A stretch of 64,000 nucleotides of DNA from an uncultured Acidobacteriota bacterium (GTDB lineage: Bacteria > Actinomycetota > Acidimicrobiia > Spongiisociales > ZC4RG35). The stretch lies in NCBI GenBank assembly GCA_963746905.1, contig CAVVCY010000003.1:1031296-1095295 (forward strand), given 5' to 3'. The first letter of the stretch is position 1. Every line of letters begins with the position of its first letter. The position numbers were made by a program, and so were the translations under genes. A model generated the notes under the pieces. The model was not told the origin of the DNA. It worked only from the letters and a program-made list of their open reading frames with translations, and did no database searches. This document shows positions 38,127-47,966 of the stretch, piece by piece.

Positions 38127-39160
38127 ATGAGTGGCGGCCCACTACGCGTCCTCGAGATCTACGGTGCTCCCGGGGATTTCGGGCGCTTCCACGGCACCGA
38201 GTGCGCCGACCTGATCCGGGCGTATGCGAGTGATCGGCTTGGGTTGTCAGGCGACTCGACGTGGGCCGGCCGGACTGCTGATGCTGATGTCATCCTCTCC
38301 CTGGCAGAAGCCACGCTGCCTTTCCATCGCTCGTACTCGGCCGATCTGTATGAAGAGATGGATGCCCTCTCGGCAGCAGCTGGCATCACTCCGGCCCAAG
38401 CGGTGGTGGTCGGGGGCTTCACCGATCTCGTCGACGTGGTCAGGGCTCACCTCGGGGATGCGCCGACCGAAGACAACTGCACTGCAGTGATCAACCCGGT
38501 GGAAAAGGTCCTCGCCCAGACCTGGGACATGCACGCTTCGGCCGGTGACTATGTCGTGTTCCTGAAACTCGATCCCATCGCCGGCCCAGCACTGGTCGTG
38601 CAGACGACCGCCGGGTGTCTGGGTCAAATAGGGATGAACGAGGCGGGCATCGCCATCGGCATCAACAATCTCACCGCATTCGGGAAACCCGGTGTGACCT
38701 GGCCTTTCGTGGTGCGCAAGGTCCTCCAACAGACCGACCTGGATCGACGCGATCGATGCGGTTCTCGAAGCCGACCTGGCCGGTGGGCACAACTTCTTGC
38801 TGATGGGGCCCGATGGCGTCGGGGTCAATATCGAGGCGATGCCCGGCTCGACCCATGTCCAGCGCGTCGAACGACGAGCCTTTCGTGCACACCAACCACT
38901 GCCTCGAACCGACAACCAGGGGTGAGGAGTCGGTGCGGGCCCCGGAAAGCGTTGCCAGCAGCCTGACCCGTCTCGAGAGGGGGACGACTCTGGCCACCGA
39001 TCTCGACGCCTTCTTCGCCGAGCCCTCGATTTCTCGACGGGCCGGCGCCCCCCACGAGACGGCAACCTGTGGCGCGGTGATCATGCACCCGGCGGAGCGT
39101 CGGATGGAGTCGGTGTGGGGCGTGCCAGGCGACCACCCATGGGAGACCTTCCAACTGTGA
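38127..39160 (+). CDS. C45 family Ntn-hydrolase (acyl-CoA:6-APA acyltransferase-like); frameshifts near 38745 and 38865
   Basis: DNCT (N-terminal nucleophile Cys), AQTWD, GMNEAGIAIGINNL, HNF, HTNH. Confidence 0.78.
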
Positions 39161-39795
39161 GCGAGGTGTCGATCGTCAATCTCGATGCGGCGCTGGCGCC
39201 CGAGCTCGAAAGGATCGAGCTCACCTGCTTTCCGATGGCCAATCCCGATGACCTGCTCTCCGAAGAGGACATCCGCGCCTATGCCGGCGTTTTTCCCGAG
39301 GGCTATTTCGTGGCGATGGTCGATGGGCGCCCGGTGGGGATGGGGGCGGGGATCTATCTCGACTTCGACTTCAACCGGCCTCAGCACACCATCGCCGAGA
39401 TCACAGGGGACCATCAATGCGCCAACCACGATCCGCATGGCGAGTGGTACTACGGCACCGACATGACCGTCCTTCCCGAGTACCGGGGCCGTGGCATTGG
39501 GAAGATGCTCTATGAGGTGCGCAAGGCTCTGGTGATCCGGGACGAGAAGCGGGGGATCATCGCCGGTGGCGCCCTCCCCGGGTATTACGGGCACAAGGCC
39601 GAGATGACGATTCACCAGTACGTGGCCAAAGTCATCGCCGGTGATCTCACCGACCCGACGCTGAGCTTTCAGATGTCTCAGGGCTTTGAGGTGCGGGGGA
39701 TGCTGGAGAACTACATCGAGGACGAGTCCGACGATGGCTGGGCGGCACTGATCGTCTGGCAGAACCCGTATTTCTCCCCCCAGCGAACGGAGTGA
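39157..39795 (+). CDS. GNAT N-acetyltransferase (YkwB-like)
   Basis: YYGTDMTVLPEYRGRGIG, GGALPGY, DPTLSFQMSQGF. Confidence 0.8.
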   Translation: MSEVSIVNLDAALAPELERIELTCFPMANPDDLLSEEDIRAYAGVFPEGYFVAMVDGRPVGMGAGIYLDFDFNRPQHTIAEITGDHQCANHDPHGEWYYGTDMTVLPEYRGRGIGKMLYEVRKALVIRDEKRGIIAGGALPGYYGHKAEMTIHQYVAKVIAGDLTDPTLSFQMSQGFEVRGMLENYIEDESDDGWAALIVWQNPYFSPQRTE

Positions 39796-39835
39796 GCGTT
39801 GGGGGGAGTCCCCGGCAGGGGGGAGGGGGGCGCTA
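39770..39835 (+). repeat. REP-like element, copy of 14775-14840 in opposite orientation
   Basis: ATTTCTCCCCCAGCGAACGGAGTGAGCGTTGGGGGGAGT...GGGGAGGGGGGCGCTA versus the reverse complement at 14775-14840. Confidence 0.7.
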
Positions 39836-39841
39836 CTGGCG

Positions 39842-40852
39842 TCAGACCTTGCCTGAGGACTTCCTCTCGGCCATCCCGTTGAGCACCTCCAGCACCACCC
39901 GATTCGCAAGATAGGCCGTTTGCTCCCCGGGCCCGTCGTACGGAGGCGAGACCTCGACTATGTCGGCACCGAGCACCACCAGGTCCTTGGAGAGACGTCG
40001 CACCGTGTCGAGCAGCTCCCGTGAATTGAGCCCGCCCGGCTCGGGGGTGCCGGTGCCCGGAGCCAGGCCAGGGTCGACGACGTCGATGTCGACGGAGATG
40101 AAGACTCCCTTGGCCCCACCTTCAAGTGAATAGGCCACAGCCTCGTCGACGACATCGGTGAGGCCGCGGTCCACGATCTCGTTCATCAGGAACGAGCGCA
40201 TCTTTTGCTCTTTCATCCACTGCATCACCTCGGGCTCGGGCCAGTAGCCACGGAGGCCGATCTGGACGAATCGATGACCGGGGACCGCCCCCGACTCGAT
40301 GAGCCTGCGCATCGGGGTCCCGTGGCCGTAGAGGGAGCCGTTCTGGATGAAGCCGGCGTCGGCGTGGGCGTCGAAATGGATTAGCGCTATCTCTCCGAAG
40401 CCATGGACCCGGGCCACGCCGAGAGCATCGGGCCAGGTGATGGTGTGGTCACCGCCAAGGATCACCGGGACCTTGCCGGAGGCGGCGACATGCTCGACGG
40501 TATCGGCGATCCGGTCGATCGAGAGCCCTAGGTCCCCTGGCCGAACATAGACATCGCCGATATCGACCACTCCGAGCACCTCGAACGGGTCCAGACCTGT
40601 GGGCAGATGCGGCCGATAGCCATCCATGGCTCCGTAGTCCGCATTCCTTATGGCCCGGGGACCGAATCGCGCCCCGGGTCGGAACGTGGTCCCCCAGTCG
40701 AAAGGGGCGCCAAGGATGACGACGTCGCCGTCGCCCATCTCGTCGGCCGTTACGGCGGGCACGCCAAGGAACGAGCTGCGCGATGCAAAGGCGAGATACT
40801 CGGCCGAGGCGAAGGGGATCTCGCTCTGGCGTTGCTCGTAGGGCGTGTACAT
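39842..40852 (-). CDS. speB: Agmatinase (ureohydrolase family)
   Basis: GARFGPRAIR, GGDHTIT, HFDAHAD, ISVDIDVVDP..APGTGTPEPGG. Confidence 0.88.
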   Translation of the reverse strand: MYTPYEQRQSEIPFASAEYLAFASRSSFLGVPAVTADEMGDGDVVILGAPFDWGTTFRPGARFGPRAIRNADYGAMDGYRPHLPTGLDPFEVLGVVDIGDVYVRPGDLGLSIDRIADTVEHVAASGKVPVILGGDHTITWPDALGVARVHGFGEIALIHFDAHADAGFIQNGSLYGHGTPMRRLIESGAVPGHRFVQIGLRGYWPEPEVMQWMKEQKMRSFLMNEIVDRGLTDVVDEAVAYSLEGGAKGVFISVDIDVVDPGLAPGTGTPEPGGLNSRELLDTVRRLSKDLVVLGADIVEVSPPYDGPGEQTAYLANRVVLEVLNGMAERKSSGKV

Positions 40853-40896
40853 CGCCCTCGGTACGCTAACTGGACTCGACGCCAGGTTGGTGAGAC

Positions 40897-42165
40897 ATGA
40901 CGCCCGAAGTCGTACAACGCACATACGTCACCCTGGTCCTCCTCCAAACGCTGGCCGCCTCGCTGATCTGGGGGGTCAACACCCTCTTCCTTCTCGATGC
41001 CGGGCTTTCGCTGACCCAGGCATTCATCGCCAACGCGGCCTACACGGCCGGCATGATGATCTTCGAGATCCCAACCGGTGTCATCGCCGATGCCTTCGGT
41101 AGACGGCTGTCCTTCATGCTGGGTGCGGGCACGCTCCTCGTCACCACACTCGCCTACCTCGGGCTCTGGTACGTGGAGGCGGGCATCTGGTGGTGGATCC
41201 TGGTTTCCGCTTTGATCGGGCTCGGATTCACCTTCTTCTCGGGAGCGACCGAGGCCTGGCTCGTCGATGCGCTGAGGGCTACAGGCTATGAGGGCTCAGT
41301 CGAGACGGTTTTCGGAAAGGGTCAGGTGGCGGGTGGGGCGGCCACTCTGGTGGGGACCATCGCCGGTGGCTTTCTGGGCCAGATCAGTCTCGCCATTCCC
41401 TATCTGGTCAGGTCGGCTCTGCTGCTGGCAGTGGTGGTGGCGGCTTGGCTGTGGATGCGCGATCTCGGCTTCGAACCCAGGCGCGGGGTGGCGATCAGAC
41501 CCCAGGTCGCAGGAATTTTGCGTAGCTCGGTGAAACATGGCTTCGGGAATCCACCTGTTCGGATGTTCCTGCTGGCGGCGCCTTTCACCAGCGGAGTCGG
41601 GATCTGGGCTTTCTACGCATTCCAGCCCTATCTGCTCCAACTGGCCGGTGACCCCAACGCGACCTACCTGTCGGGCATCGCCGCCGCCGTTTTTGCTCTC
41701 GCCCAAATAGTTGGGGGATCCTCGGTCCGCTGGGTTCGCCAGGCCTTCGCCACCAGGACGAGTGTCCTGGTCAGTCAGATCTCTATTGCCTCTTTGGCCC
41801 TCGTCGGTGCCGGTTTCGCCGAGTGGTTGGACATCCCGACCGGGTTCTGGGTCGCCATCGTCCTCCTCACTGTCATGTCGCTGGTCGGTGCACTGGCCAA
41901 CCCGATGCAACAGGCCTTGCTCAACGACTGCATCCCGTCGGAGCAACGAGCGACGGTGCTCTCATTTGTCTCTTTGACGGGGAGTGCTGGGGGTGTGGTC
42001 GCACAACCCGTCCTGGGCAAGGTCGCCGACGTCTACTCGCTGGGAGTCGGGTACATCGTGGCGGGTGTGATCTATGTCCTCAGCTTGCCGTTCGTGATTG
42101 CGGTGCGGAGGATGAGTCTGGCTGCCGACAAGGTGGTCAGGGCCGAGCCAACAATCGTTGCTTGA
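40897..42165 (+). CDS. MFS transporter
   Basis: About 12 TM segments, EIPTGVIADAFGRR, SGATEAW. Confidence 0.85.
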   Translation: MTPEVVQRTYVTLVLLQTLAASLIWGVNTLFLLDAGLSLTQAFIANAAYTAGMMIFEIPTGVIADAFGRRLSFMLGAGTLLVTTLAYLGLWYVEAGIWWWILVSALIGLGFTFFSGATEAWLVDALRATGYEGSVETVFGKGQVAGGAATLVGTIAGGFLGQISLAIPYLVRSALLLAVVVAAWLWMRDLGFEPRRGVAIRPQVAGILRSSVKHGFGNPPVRMFLLAAPFTSGVGIWAFYAFQPYLLQLAGDPNATYLSGIAAAVFALAQIVGGSSVRWVRQAFATRTSVLVSQISIASLALVGAGFAEWLDIPTGFWVAIVLLTVMSLVGALANPMQQALLNDCIPSEQRATVLSFVSLTGSAGGVVAQPVLGKVADVYSLGVGYIVAGVIYVLSLPFVIAVRRMSLAADKVVRAEPTIVA

Positions 42166-42184
42166 GTTCTGGCAAGATTCGGTG

Positions 42185-42403
42185 ATGGACGAACACGACA
42201 CCTCGTCGGAGCCGACCGGCCACGCCATCGCCCGGGGGGCGATGATCGGGGTACCGGTGGGGATCGTCGGTTTGACTATTGGTGTTTGGCTGATCACCGG
42301 CCTTGCCCTGTTGGAATGTTTCGCCACGGCGATCATGCCCGGCGTCCTGCTCGGTGCCTTCGCCGGGGGCTTTGTGGGGATGACGATGAGCATGGGGGAG
42401 TAG
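42185..42403 (+). CDS. Small two-TM hypothetical protein
   Basis: 72 aa, two Gly-rich hydrophobic helices. Confidence 0.5.
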   Translation: MDEHDTSSEPTGHAIARGAMIGVPVGIVGLTIGVWLITGLALLECFATAIMPGVLLGAFAGGFVGMTMSMGE

Positions 42404-42418
42404 GGGACATTCTGTGTT

Positions 42419-42474
42419 GTCCCCCCTTTCAAGGGGGGACCGACCGAACGCAGTGAGGTCGACGGGGGGTTGTC
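42419..42474. repeat. REP-like double hairpin
   Basis: GTCCCCCC-TTTCAA-GGGGGGAC then CGACC-GAACGCAGTGA-GGTCG and a G-run. Confidence 0.6.
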
Positions 42475-43911
42475 CTATTCCTCCTTCAAGACGAACACCA
42501 CCGTTTGCAGATCGGTGAACTCGTCGATCCGCTGCCGGCCCCAGCCGGTGTCGGTCCCTGCGGCGCCTCCGAACGGCTGGAAGGTCTCCCAGAAGTCGGT
42601 TGAGTCGTTGATGATCACGGTGCCGGAGCGGATCCGATCGGCATACCAGAACGCCTTGCTCAGATCATTGGTGAACACGGCGGCCTGAAGCCCGAGGTGG
42701 GTCCGGTTGGCGACGCCAACGGCATCCTCATCGTTCTTCGCACTGAGGATCGGGAGTACCGGCCCGAAGGACTCCTCCTGTGATACCTCCGATTCCTCAC
42801 GGACCCGGTCCAACATCGTGAACTGGTAGAAGAGATCGGTGGGGAAGCCGGATGCCCGACCGCCCCCCATCAGCAACTCGGCGCCATGATCGATCGCGTC
42901 GGCGATATGACGGTCCATCTTGGCCGCTGTCGGCTCGTTGTTGAGTGGGCCCATGTTGGTCGACGCGTCGAAGGGGTCTCCGAGGCTCACCACTAGTGCG
43001 GCTTTGAGCGCTTCTTCGACGAACTCGTCGTGAACCTCGTCCACCACGATGACCCGCTCCGTGGCCACGCAGACCTGCCCCGCGTTGTAGTAGGCACCGT
43101 AAACCGCGGCCTCAGCAGCCTTGGCGACATCTGCGTCAGCGGTGACCACGGTCGGGCCGTTGCCCGACATCTCCATGATGGAGCGCTTCAGCCCCATGGC
43201 GGCCACGATCTTCTTGCCGGTGGCAGAGGATCCGGTGAACCCAACCGCATCGACGCCGTCGTGGGTGACCAATGCGGTTCCGATGTCTCCGGCGCCGGGG
43301 ATCACCGAGACTGCCCCTTTGGGGACACCGGCCTCCTCGAATACCTTTGCCATCTCCAGCAACGCCCATGAGGTGAACTCTGGGGGCTTCACGATCACTG
43401 CATTGCCCGTGGCCAGCCCGGGGCCCACGTACTCCATTGGGATCATCACCGGGAAGTTCCACGGGGTTATCGCCACCCAGACTCCGACCGGCCGGCGCAT
43501 CGTGAACATCCGCCGGTGGCGGCTGGTGGTCGGGATGAGCTCACCTTTCAGTCGCTTCACGTCTTCGGCGGCGATCTGGAAGTAGTCGCCCGACTCGCCG
43601 ATGTCGTCGAGCGCCTCCGCCTCGTAGGGCTTTCCTTGCTCGGTTGAGAGGATGCGGGCCACCTCTTCGACACGGGTTTTCCAAAGGTCGTAGATACGGA
43701 GACATAGATCAGCCCGCTCGAAGGCGGTCCAGCGCCGCATCTCCTCTGTTGCTTCGCGGGCCGCCTTGACCGCACGGTCGATGTCGGCTTGCGACGCCTT
43801 GGGGACGTTGTAGATGTGCTCGCCGGTGGACGGCGACTTCACCTCGTAGTGGTCATCACCTGTGCCCTCGGTCCACTCGCCAGCGATGAACAGCTTGAGA
43901 TCGGTCGCCAT
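42475..43911 (-). CDS. Aldehyde dehydrogenase family protein
   Basis: ITPWNFP, GFTGS, EMSGNGP, GQVCVA, EESFGP; start MATDLKLFIAG at 43911. Confidence 0.9.
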   Translation of the reverse strand: MATDLKLFIAGEWTEGTGDDHYEVKSPSTGEHIYNVPKASQADIDRAVKAAREATEEMRRWTAFERADLCLRIYDLWKTRVEEVARILSTEQGKPYEAEALDDIGESGDYFQIAAEDVKRLKGELIPTTSRHRRMFTMRRPVGVWVAITPWNFPVMIPMEYVGPGLATGNAVIVKPPEFTSWALLEMAKVFEEAGVPKGAVSVIPGAGDIGTALVTHDGVDAVGFTGSSATGKKIVAAMGLKRSIMEMSGNGPTVVTADADVAKAAEAAVYGAYYNAGQVCVATERVIVVDEVHDEFVEEALKAALVVSLGDPFDASTNMGPLNNEPTAAKMDRHIADAIDHGAELLMGGGRASGFPTDLFYQFTMLDRVREESEVSQEESFGPVLPILSAKNDEDAVGVANRTHLGLQAAVFTNDLSKAFWYADRIRSGTVIINDSTDFWETFQPFGGAAGTDTGWGRQRIDEFTDLQTVVFVLKEE

Positions 43912-43984
43912 GGGCCAAGCGTAGTTTCCAGTCATCCCCCGGGTTAAACGACGGTTCAGTACGATGCCCGGAGAGGAGTGAGAT

Positions 43985-45301
43985 ATGAGTCTCCAGGGAG
44001 ACAAGACCAGGCAGTGGTACCAGCGAGCTTCGAAGGTCCTCGTGAACGGCGTCTCGAGCCAATTCCGATATTGGGGCGACGAAGACACCATGGTCATCGA
44101 CCACGGGAAGGCCGGCCATGTGTTCGATATGGACGGCAAGCGCTACATCGACTACCAGTGTGGTTTCGGGCCGATCATCCTCGGCCACGGTGAGCCATCA
44201 GTTTCGGCCGCCGTCGCCGAGGCGGCCGGAGAGGCAACCAGCTTCGCCATGACCCAACGCCGCGAGATCGAAGCGGCGGAAAAAGTGGTCGACACCCTCG
44301 GCTGGCCTGACTTCATGAGGTTCACCAACACCGGCACCGAGGCGACGATGCATGCGATCCGGTTGGCCCGGGGCGTGACAGGTCGCGACACGATCATCAA
44401 GTTCGAGGGTCAATATCACGGGATGCACGACTACGTGTTGTTCTCCACTGCCGGGGTCGCGGTGGGTGGGCTCGGCTCCCGGTTGAAGCCGATTCCGATG
44501 CAGTCGAGCTCGGGGATCCCGGAGTCGATTCGCTCCTACATTCGGACCCTTCCATTCAACGACCTCCAGCTCGTGGAGCGGGCTTTTCGCGATGAGGGCG
44601 GCCGAATCGCGGCCGTGATCGTCGAGCCGATGCTCGGCAACGCCTTCGGGATACTCCCGCAGCCCGGCTTTCTCGAAGGTTTGCGCAGGCTTTGCGACGA
44701 GTACAGGACGGTGCTCATCTTCGACGAAGTGAAGACCGGGTTCCGGGTTGCCTTGGGGGGTGCCAACGAGCGTTTCGGGGTCACCCCGGACATGGGCACC
44801 TATGCCAAGGCCCTGGGCAACGGGTTCCCGGTGGCGGCGATCGCTTTCAAGGATTGGGTCGCCGAGGGCTGGAGACGGGGCGGTATCGCCCAGGCCGGGA
44901 CCTACTCCGGCGGAGGGATTGCCTCGGCGGCCGCCGGCGCGACCCTCGACCTGCTTCGCACCGGTGAGCCCCTTGCTCGGGTGCAGAAGACCGGCCAGGC
45001 CCTGATGGAGGGGCTGGAGAAGATCCTCGCCGATCAGGGGGTGGAGGGGAAGACCATCGGTGATCCCGCGATGTTCTCGGTTTTCATCGGTGAGGGCGAT
45101 CTCACCGAGTTCCGAGACACGGGCAAGCACGACGATGAGCGATATGACGATGTCATGTTCCGCATGATTCGAAAGGGCGTCATGCCCTGCCCCGACGGAC
45201 TGGAACCGTGGTTTGTCTGCGCCGCCCATACCGAGGAGGACGTGGCAACCACTCTCCAGGTGTTCGAGGAATCGCTCTCGGAGTCGCTGGCAGGCGCTTG
45301 A
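43985..45301 (+). CDS. Class III aminotransferase, glutamate-1-semialdehyde aminomutase (HemL)-like
   Basis: GVSSQFR, YIDYQCGFGP, TNTGTEATM, YHG, IFDEVKTGFR, YAKALGNG. Confidence 0.82.
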   Translation: MSLQGDKTRQWYQRASKVLVNGVSSQFRYWGDEDTMVIDHGKAGHVFDMDGKRYIDYQCGFGPIILGHGEPSVSAAVAEAAGEATSFAMTQRREIEAAEKVVDTLGWPDFMRFTNTGTEATMHAIRLARGVTGRDTIIKFEGQYHGMHDYVLFSTAGVAVGGLGSRLKPIPMQSSSGIPESIRSYIRTLPFNDLQLVERAFRDEGGRIAAVIVEPMLGNAFGILPQPGFLEGLRRLCDEYRTVLIFDEVKTGFRVALGGANERFGVTPDMGTYAKALGNGFPVAAIAFKDWVAEGWRRGGIAQAGTYSGGGIASAAAGATLDLLRTGEPLARVQKTGQALMEGLEKILADQGVEGKTIGDPAMFSVFIGEGDLTEFRDTGKHDDERYDDVMFRMIRKGVMPCPDGLEPWFVCAAHTEEDVATTLQVFEESLSESLAGA

Positions 45302-45732
45302 TACGTCGGGCTGTCCCTGGCGATCTGGGCGTCGTCCTGGAGCTTTCCAAAGAGTTCTGCGTTCTCGATGGGCATGTCTTCGAGGCCGACCGGGTCAAAC
45401 CGGCCCTCGTCCCGTTGCTTGCCTCCGATGAGCACGGTGTCGTCCACCTGGTGGAGGAGGAGGGCTGGGCTCTCGGCTACGCCATAGTCACCTGGGGCTA
45501 CAGCCTCGAGTCCGGTGGGCGTGATGCGCTCATCGACGAGATCTACATCCGCGACCGCGGCTCAGGGGTCGGAACCTCTCTGTTGGCTGCGATTCTCGAC
45601 GACCTGAAGGCACGGGATGTGCCCCGCCTCACCCTGGAGACCGAGAAGGCCAACGAGGCCGCCCGCCGCTTTTACGCTCGCCATGGCTTCGTGGCTGAGG
45701 ACTCGGTGTGGATGAGCCTCGACCTATCGTGA
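45298..45732 (+). CDS. GNAT N-acetyltransferase
   Basis: IDEIYIRDRGSGVG, NEAARRFYARHGF; TTG start overlapping the upstream stop. Confidence 0.8.
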   Translation: MIRRAVPGDLGVVLELSKEFCVLDGHVFEADRVKPALVPLLASDEHGVVHLVEEEGWALGYAIVTWGYSLESGGRDALIDEIYIRDRGSGVGTSLLAAILDDLKARDVPRLTLETEKANEAARRFYARHGFVAEDSVWMSLDLS

Positions 45733-45736
45733 TCCC

Positions 45737-46486
45737 ATGATCCAAGTCGTGATATCGGGCGCGGGAGGAAAGCTGGCCGGCGCCATCGCCGATGCCGTCC
45801 TCGCCGCGGAGGATCTCGAGTTGAGCGGCCTATTCAATCCAAAGCGGGCCGGTCAGACGCTGCACGGCGTGACTGTGGGCGGCGACCCCGACGCCATGAC
45901 CGGAGACGTCGTGGTCGAGACGGCTCACAACGACGTAGTGCTCGACAACCTGAGGCATTGGCGATCCAACGGGCTCGCTGCCGTGGTCGGGACCTCTGGG
46001 TTCACCCCCGAGCGCCTCGCTCAACTGCGGGGGCTGTGGGGGACCGATGGTCCGGCCTGCCTGGTCGTTCCCAACTTTGCGATCGGCGCCGTCCTGATGA
46101 TGAGGTTCGCTGCCCAGGCCGCTCCCCACTTCGAGGCGATCGAGATCGTGGAGACGCATCACTCCACCAAACCGGATGCCCCGTCGGGTACATCTCTGGC
46201 TTCGGCGATGGGTGTCTCATCAGCGGGCGGCCGTTCCGCAGAAGGCTCAGAGGAACTCGTCGCCGGCGCCCGCGGCGCAATGGTGGAAGGGGTTCGCGTC
46301 CATTCATTGCGACTGCCTGGAGTGATCTCGAAACAGGAGGTGGCGTTGTCCAACTCGGGTGAGGTGCTCTCCATCGAGCATCTGTCGACCGACTACGGGG
46401 CGTTCGCCTCCGGTGCATTGCTCGCCATCCGCACGGTCCGCGGGCTCGAGCCGGGGGTTCACCTCGGGTTGGATGCTGTTCTCTGA
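45737..46486 (+). CDS. dapB: 4-hydroxy-tetrahydrodipicolinate reductase
   Basis: VGTSG, PNFAIGAVLM, ETHHSTKPDAPSGT, HSLRLPG. Confidence 0.9.
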   Translation: MIQVVISGAGGKLAGAIADAVLAAEDLELSGLFNPKRAGQTLHGVTVGGDPDAMTGDVVVETAHNDVVLDNLRHWRSNGLAAVVGTSGFTPERLAQLRGLWGTDGPACLVVPNFAIGAVLMMRFAAQAAPHFEAIEIVETHHSTKPDAPSGTSLASAMGVSSAGGRSAEGSEELVAGARGAMVEGVRVHSLRLPGVISKQEVALSNSGEVLSIEHLSTDYGAFASGALLAIRTVRGLEPGVHLGLDAVL

Positions 46487-46606
46487 TTCTTGCCGGCCGA
46501 CTTCGACCTCGGCCAACCATCAGCCCATCGCAAGGCTCACTGGTCTTGATCTCACGGCCTCGGGCGAACAGACGCCGGTCGGCCGGGGCTGCCGCTCCAC
46601 GGTTGG

Positions 46607-47413
46607 CTAAAACACGATCACCGTAAGGGCACCCAGGGCCACGCAGTAGATCGCAAAGGGAAGCAGCCCCACCCGCTTGAGGGACGTCATCAGCCAGCCA
46701 ATCGCCAGGTACCCGGTGACCCCGGCCACGATCACGCCCACTATCAAGACCGGGTCGAAAGACGCCGAGCCCGACACTCGGTAGAGCTCGAGTAGCCCGG
46801 CGCCGGCAACTGCAGGGATCCCGAGCAGAAACGAGTAACGGGCGGCCTCGGTCGGCTCGATATGACGGGCGCTGCCGACCGAGATCGTGGTGCCCGACCT
46901 CGAAATCCCAGGCACCAGGGCCAGTGCCTGGGCTAGCCCGATGAGGATCGAATCGGGGATCTTCATGTCCATGATTCGGCGGGCGCCGAATGCCATCCGG
47001 GAGCCGAGGTAGAGGATCACGCCATTTGCTATCAGCGCCCACCCTACGTTGGAGATGGTGGTCGAGAAGGCATTCATCTCAGCTTCAAGCGTTAGCCCGA
47101 AGATCACTGCCGGAATGGTCCCGATCGCCACCAGCAGGGCGATTTTTCGCCCTTCTGGGTCGGTCCGGAAATGGATGACCCGTGCCAGGTCTCGACGGAA
47201 GTAGATGAGCATCGCCGCCAGGGTCCCCAGATGCAGGATTGCGGTCGAGGCCAATGGTGGGGGCTGGACATCGAGCCCCAACTCGTTGAGGAGTGCAGGT
47301 ATCACTACCAGATGACCATCCGAGGAGACCGGAATGAACTCGGTTATGCCCTGGATGATCCCCCAGATGACGACGGCAAGCACGGCGGCACGGTAACTCT
47401 CATCGGGTCGCAA
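46607..47413 (-). CDS. uppP: Undecaprenyl-diphosphate phosphatase
   Basis: QGITEFIPVSSDGH, QALALVPGISRSGTT, ARYSFLL. Confidence 0.92.
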   Translation of the reverse strand: MRPDESYRAAVLAVVIWGIIQGITEFIPVSSDGHLVVIPALLNELGLDVQPPPLASTAILHLGTLAAMLIYFRRDLARVIHFRTDPEGRKIALLVAIGTIPAVIFGLTLEAEMNAFSTTISNVGWALIANGVILYLGSRMAFGARRIMDMKIPDSILIGLAQALALVPGISRSGTTISVGSARHIEPTEAARYSFLLGIPAVAGAGLLELYRVSGSASFDPVLIVGVIVAGVTGYLAIGWLMTSLKRVGLLPFAIYCVALGALTVIVF

Positions 47414-47921
47414 TCATGATTGCGACCCTTCCCTCCACCGCAGCAGCGGCAACGTCGGCGGCATGGTCTCCCGGGACGGCGACTATGCCGAGGCCGGAGC
47501 CCAACGGGTCGTCGGTTGAGCCGGCAACGACTACTGCAGGCACCGTCGACCCGGCCTCGAGGAGGACAACCTGGGCCTCATCGCCGGGACGGGCCGAGAT
47601 CGGGAGGGCCATTTCTACGCTCCACCATCCGGCCGGAGTCTCCCCGCTTTGGTCACCAACCGACGAAGCTAGGACCGGCTCACCAGGAGCGATGTCGGTC
47701 AAAGCCACACCGTCGGGAGGTACCGATTCCAACAATCCCGCCGGCACCAGCCGCAGGACGGTGTTCCAATCGCCAATCTCGGCTCCAGCGAGGATCTCCT
47801 GTGATGCGAATGGATGTTCAACGGATGGCTGGGGCCTCAGTTCGACCCACAAGGATCCGAGGACGATGAGACCGGCCGCCAGCCAGCGTCCCCACGGCGG
47901 TGTCTGCAACCAGAGCACCAT
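47400..47921 (-). CDS. SAF-domain-like membrane-anchored protein
   Basis: N-terminal TM, ALTDIAPGEPVL, PGDEAQV; position next to FmdB as in the actinobacterial locus. Confidence 0.55.
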   Translation of the reverse strand: MVLWLQTPPWGRWLAAGLIVLGSLWVELRPQPSVEHPFASQEILAGAEIGDWNTVLRLVPAGLLESVPPDGVALTDIAPGEPVLASSVGDQSGETPAGWWSVEMALPISARPGDEAQVVLLEAGSTVPAVVVAGSTDDPLGSGLGIVAVPGDHAADVAAAAVEGRVAIMIATR

Positions 47922-47966
47922 TCGAGGGTACGGGTGCCGACTGGCCGCCGGAAGGGGGCCGGCGGT

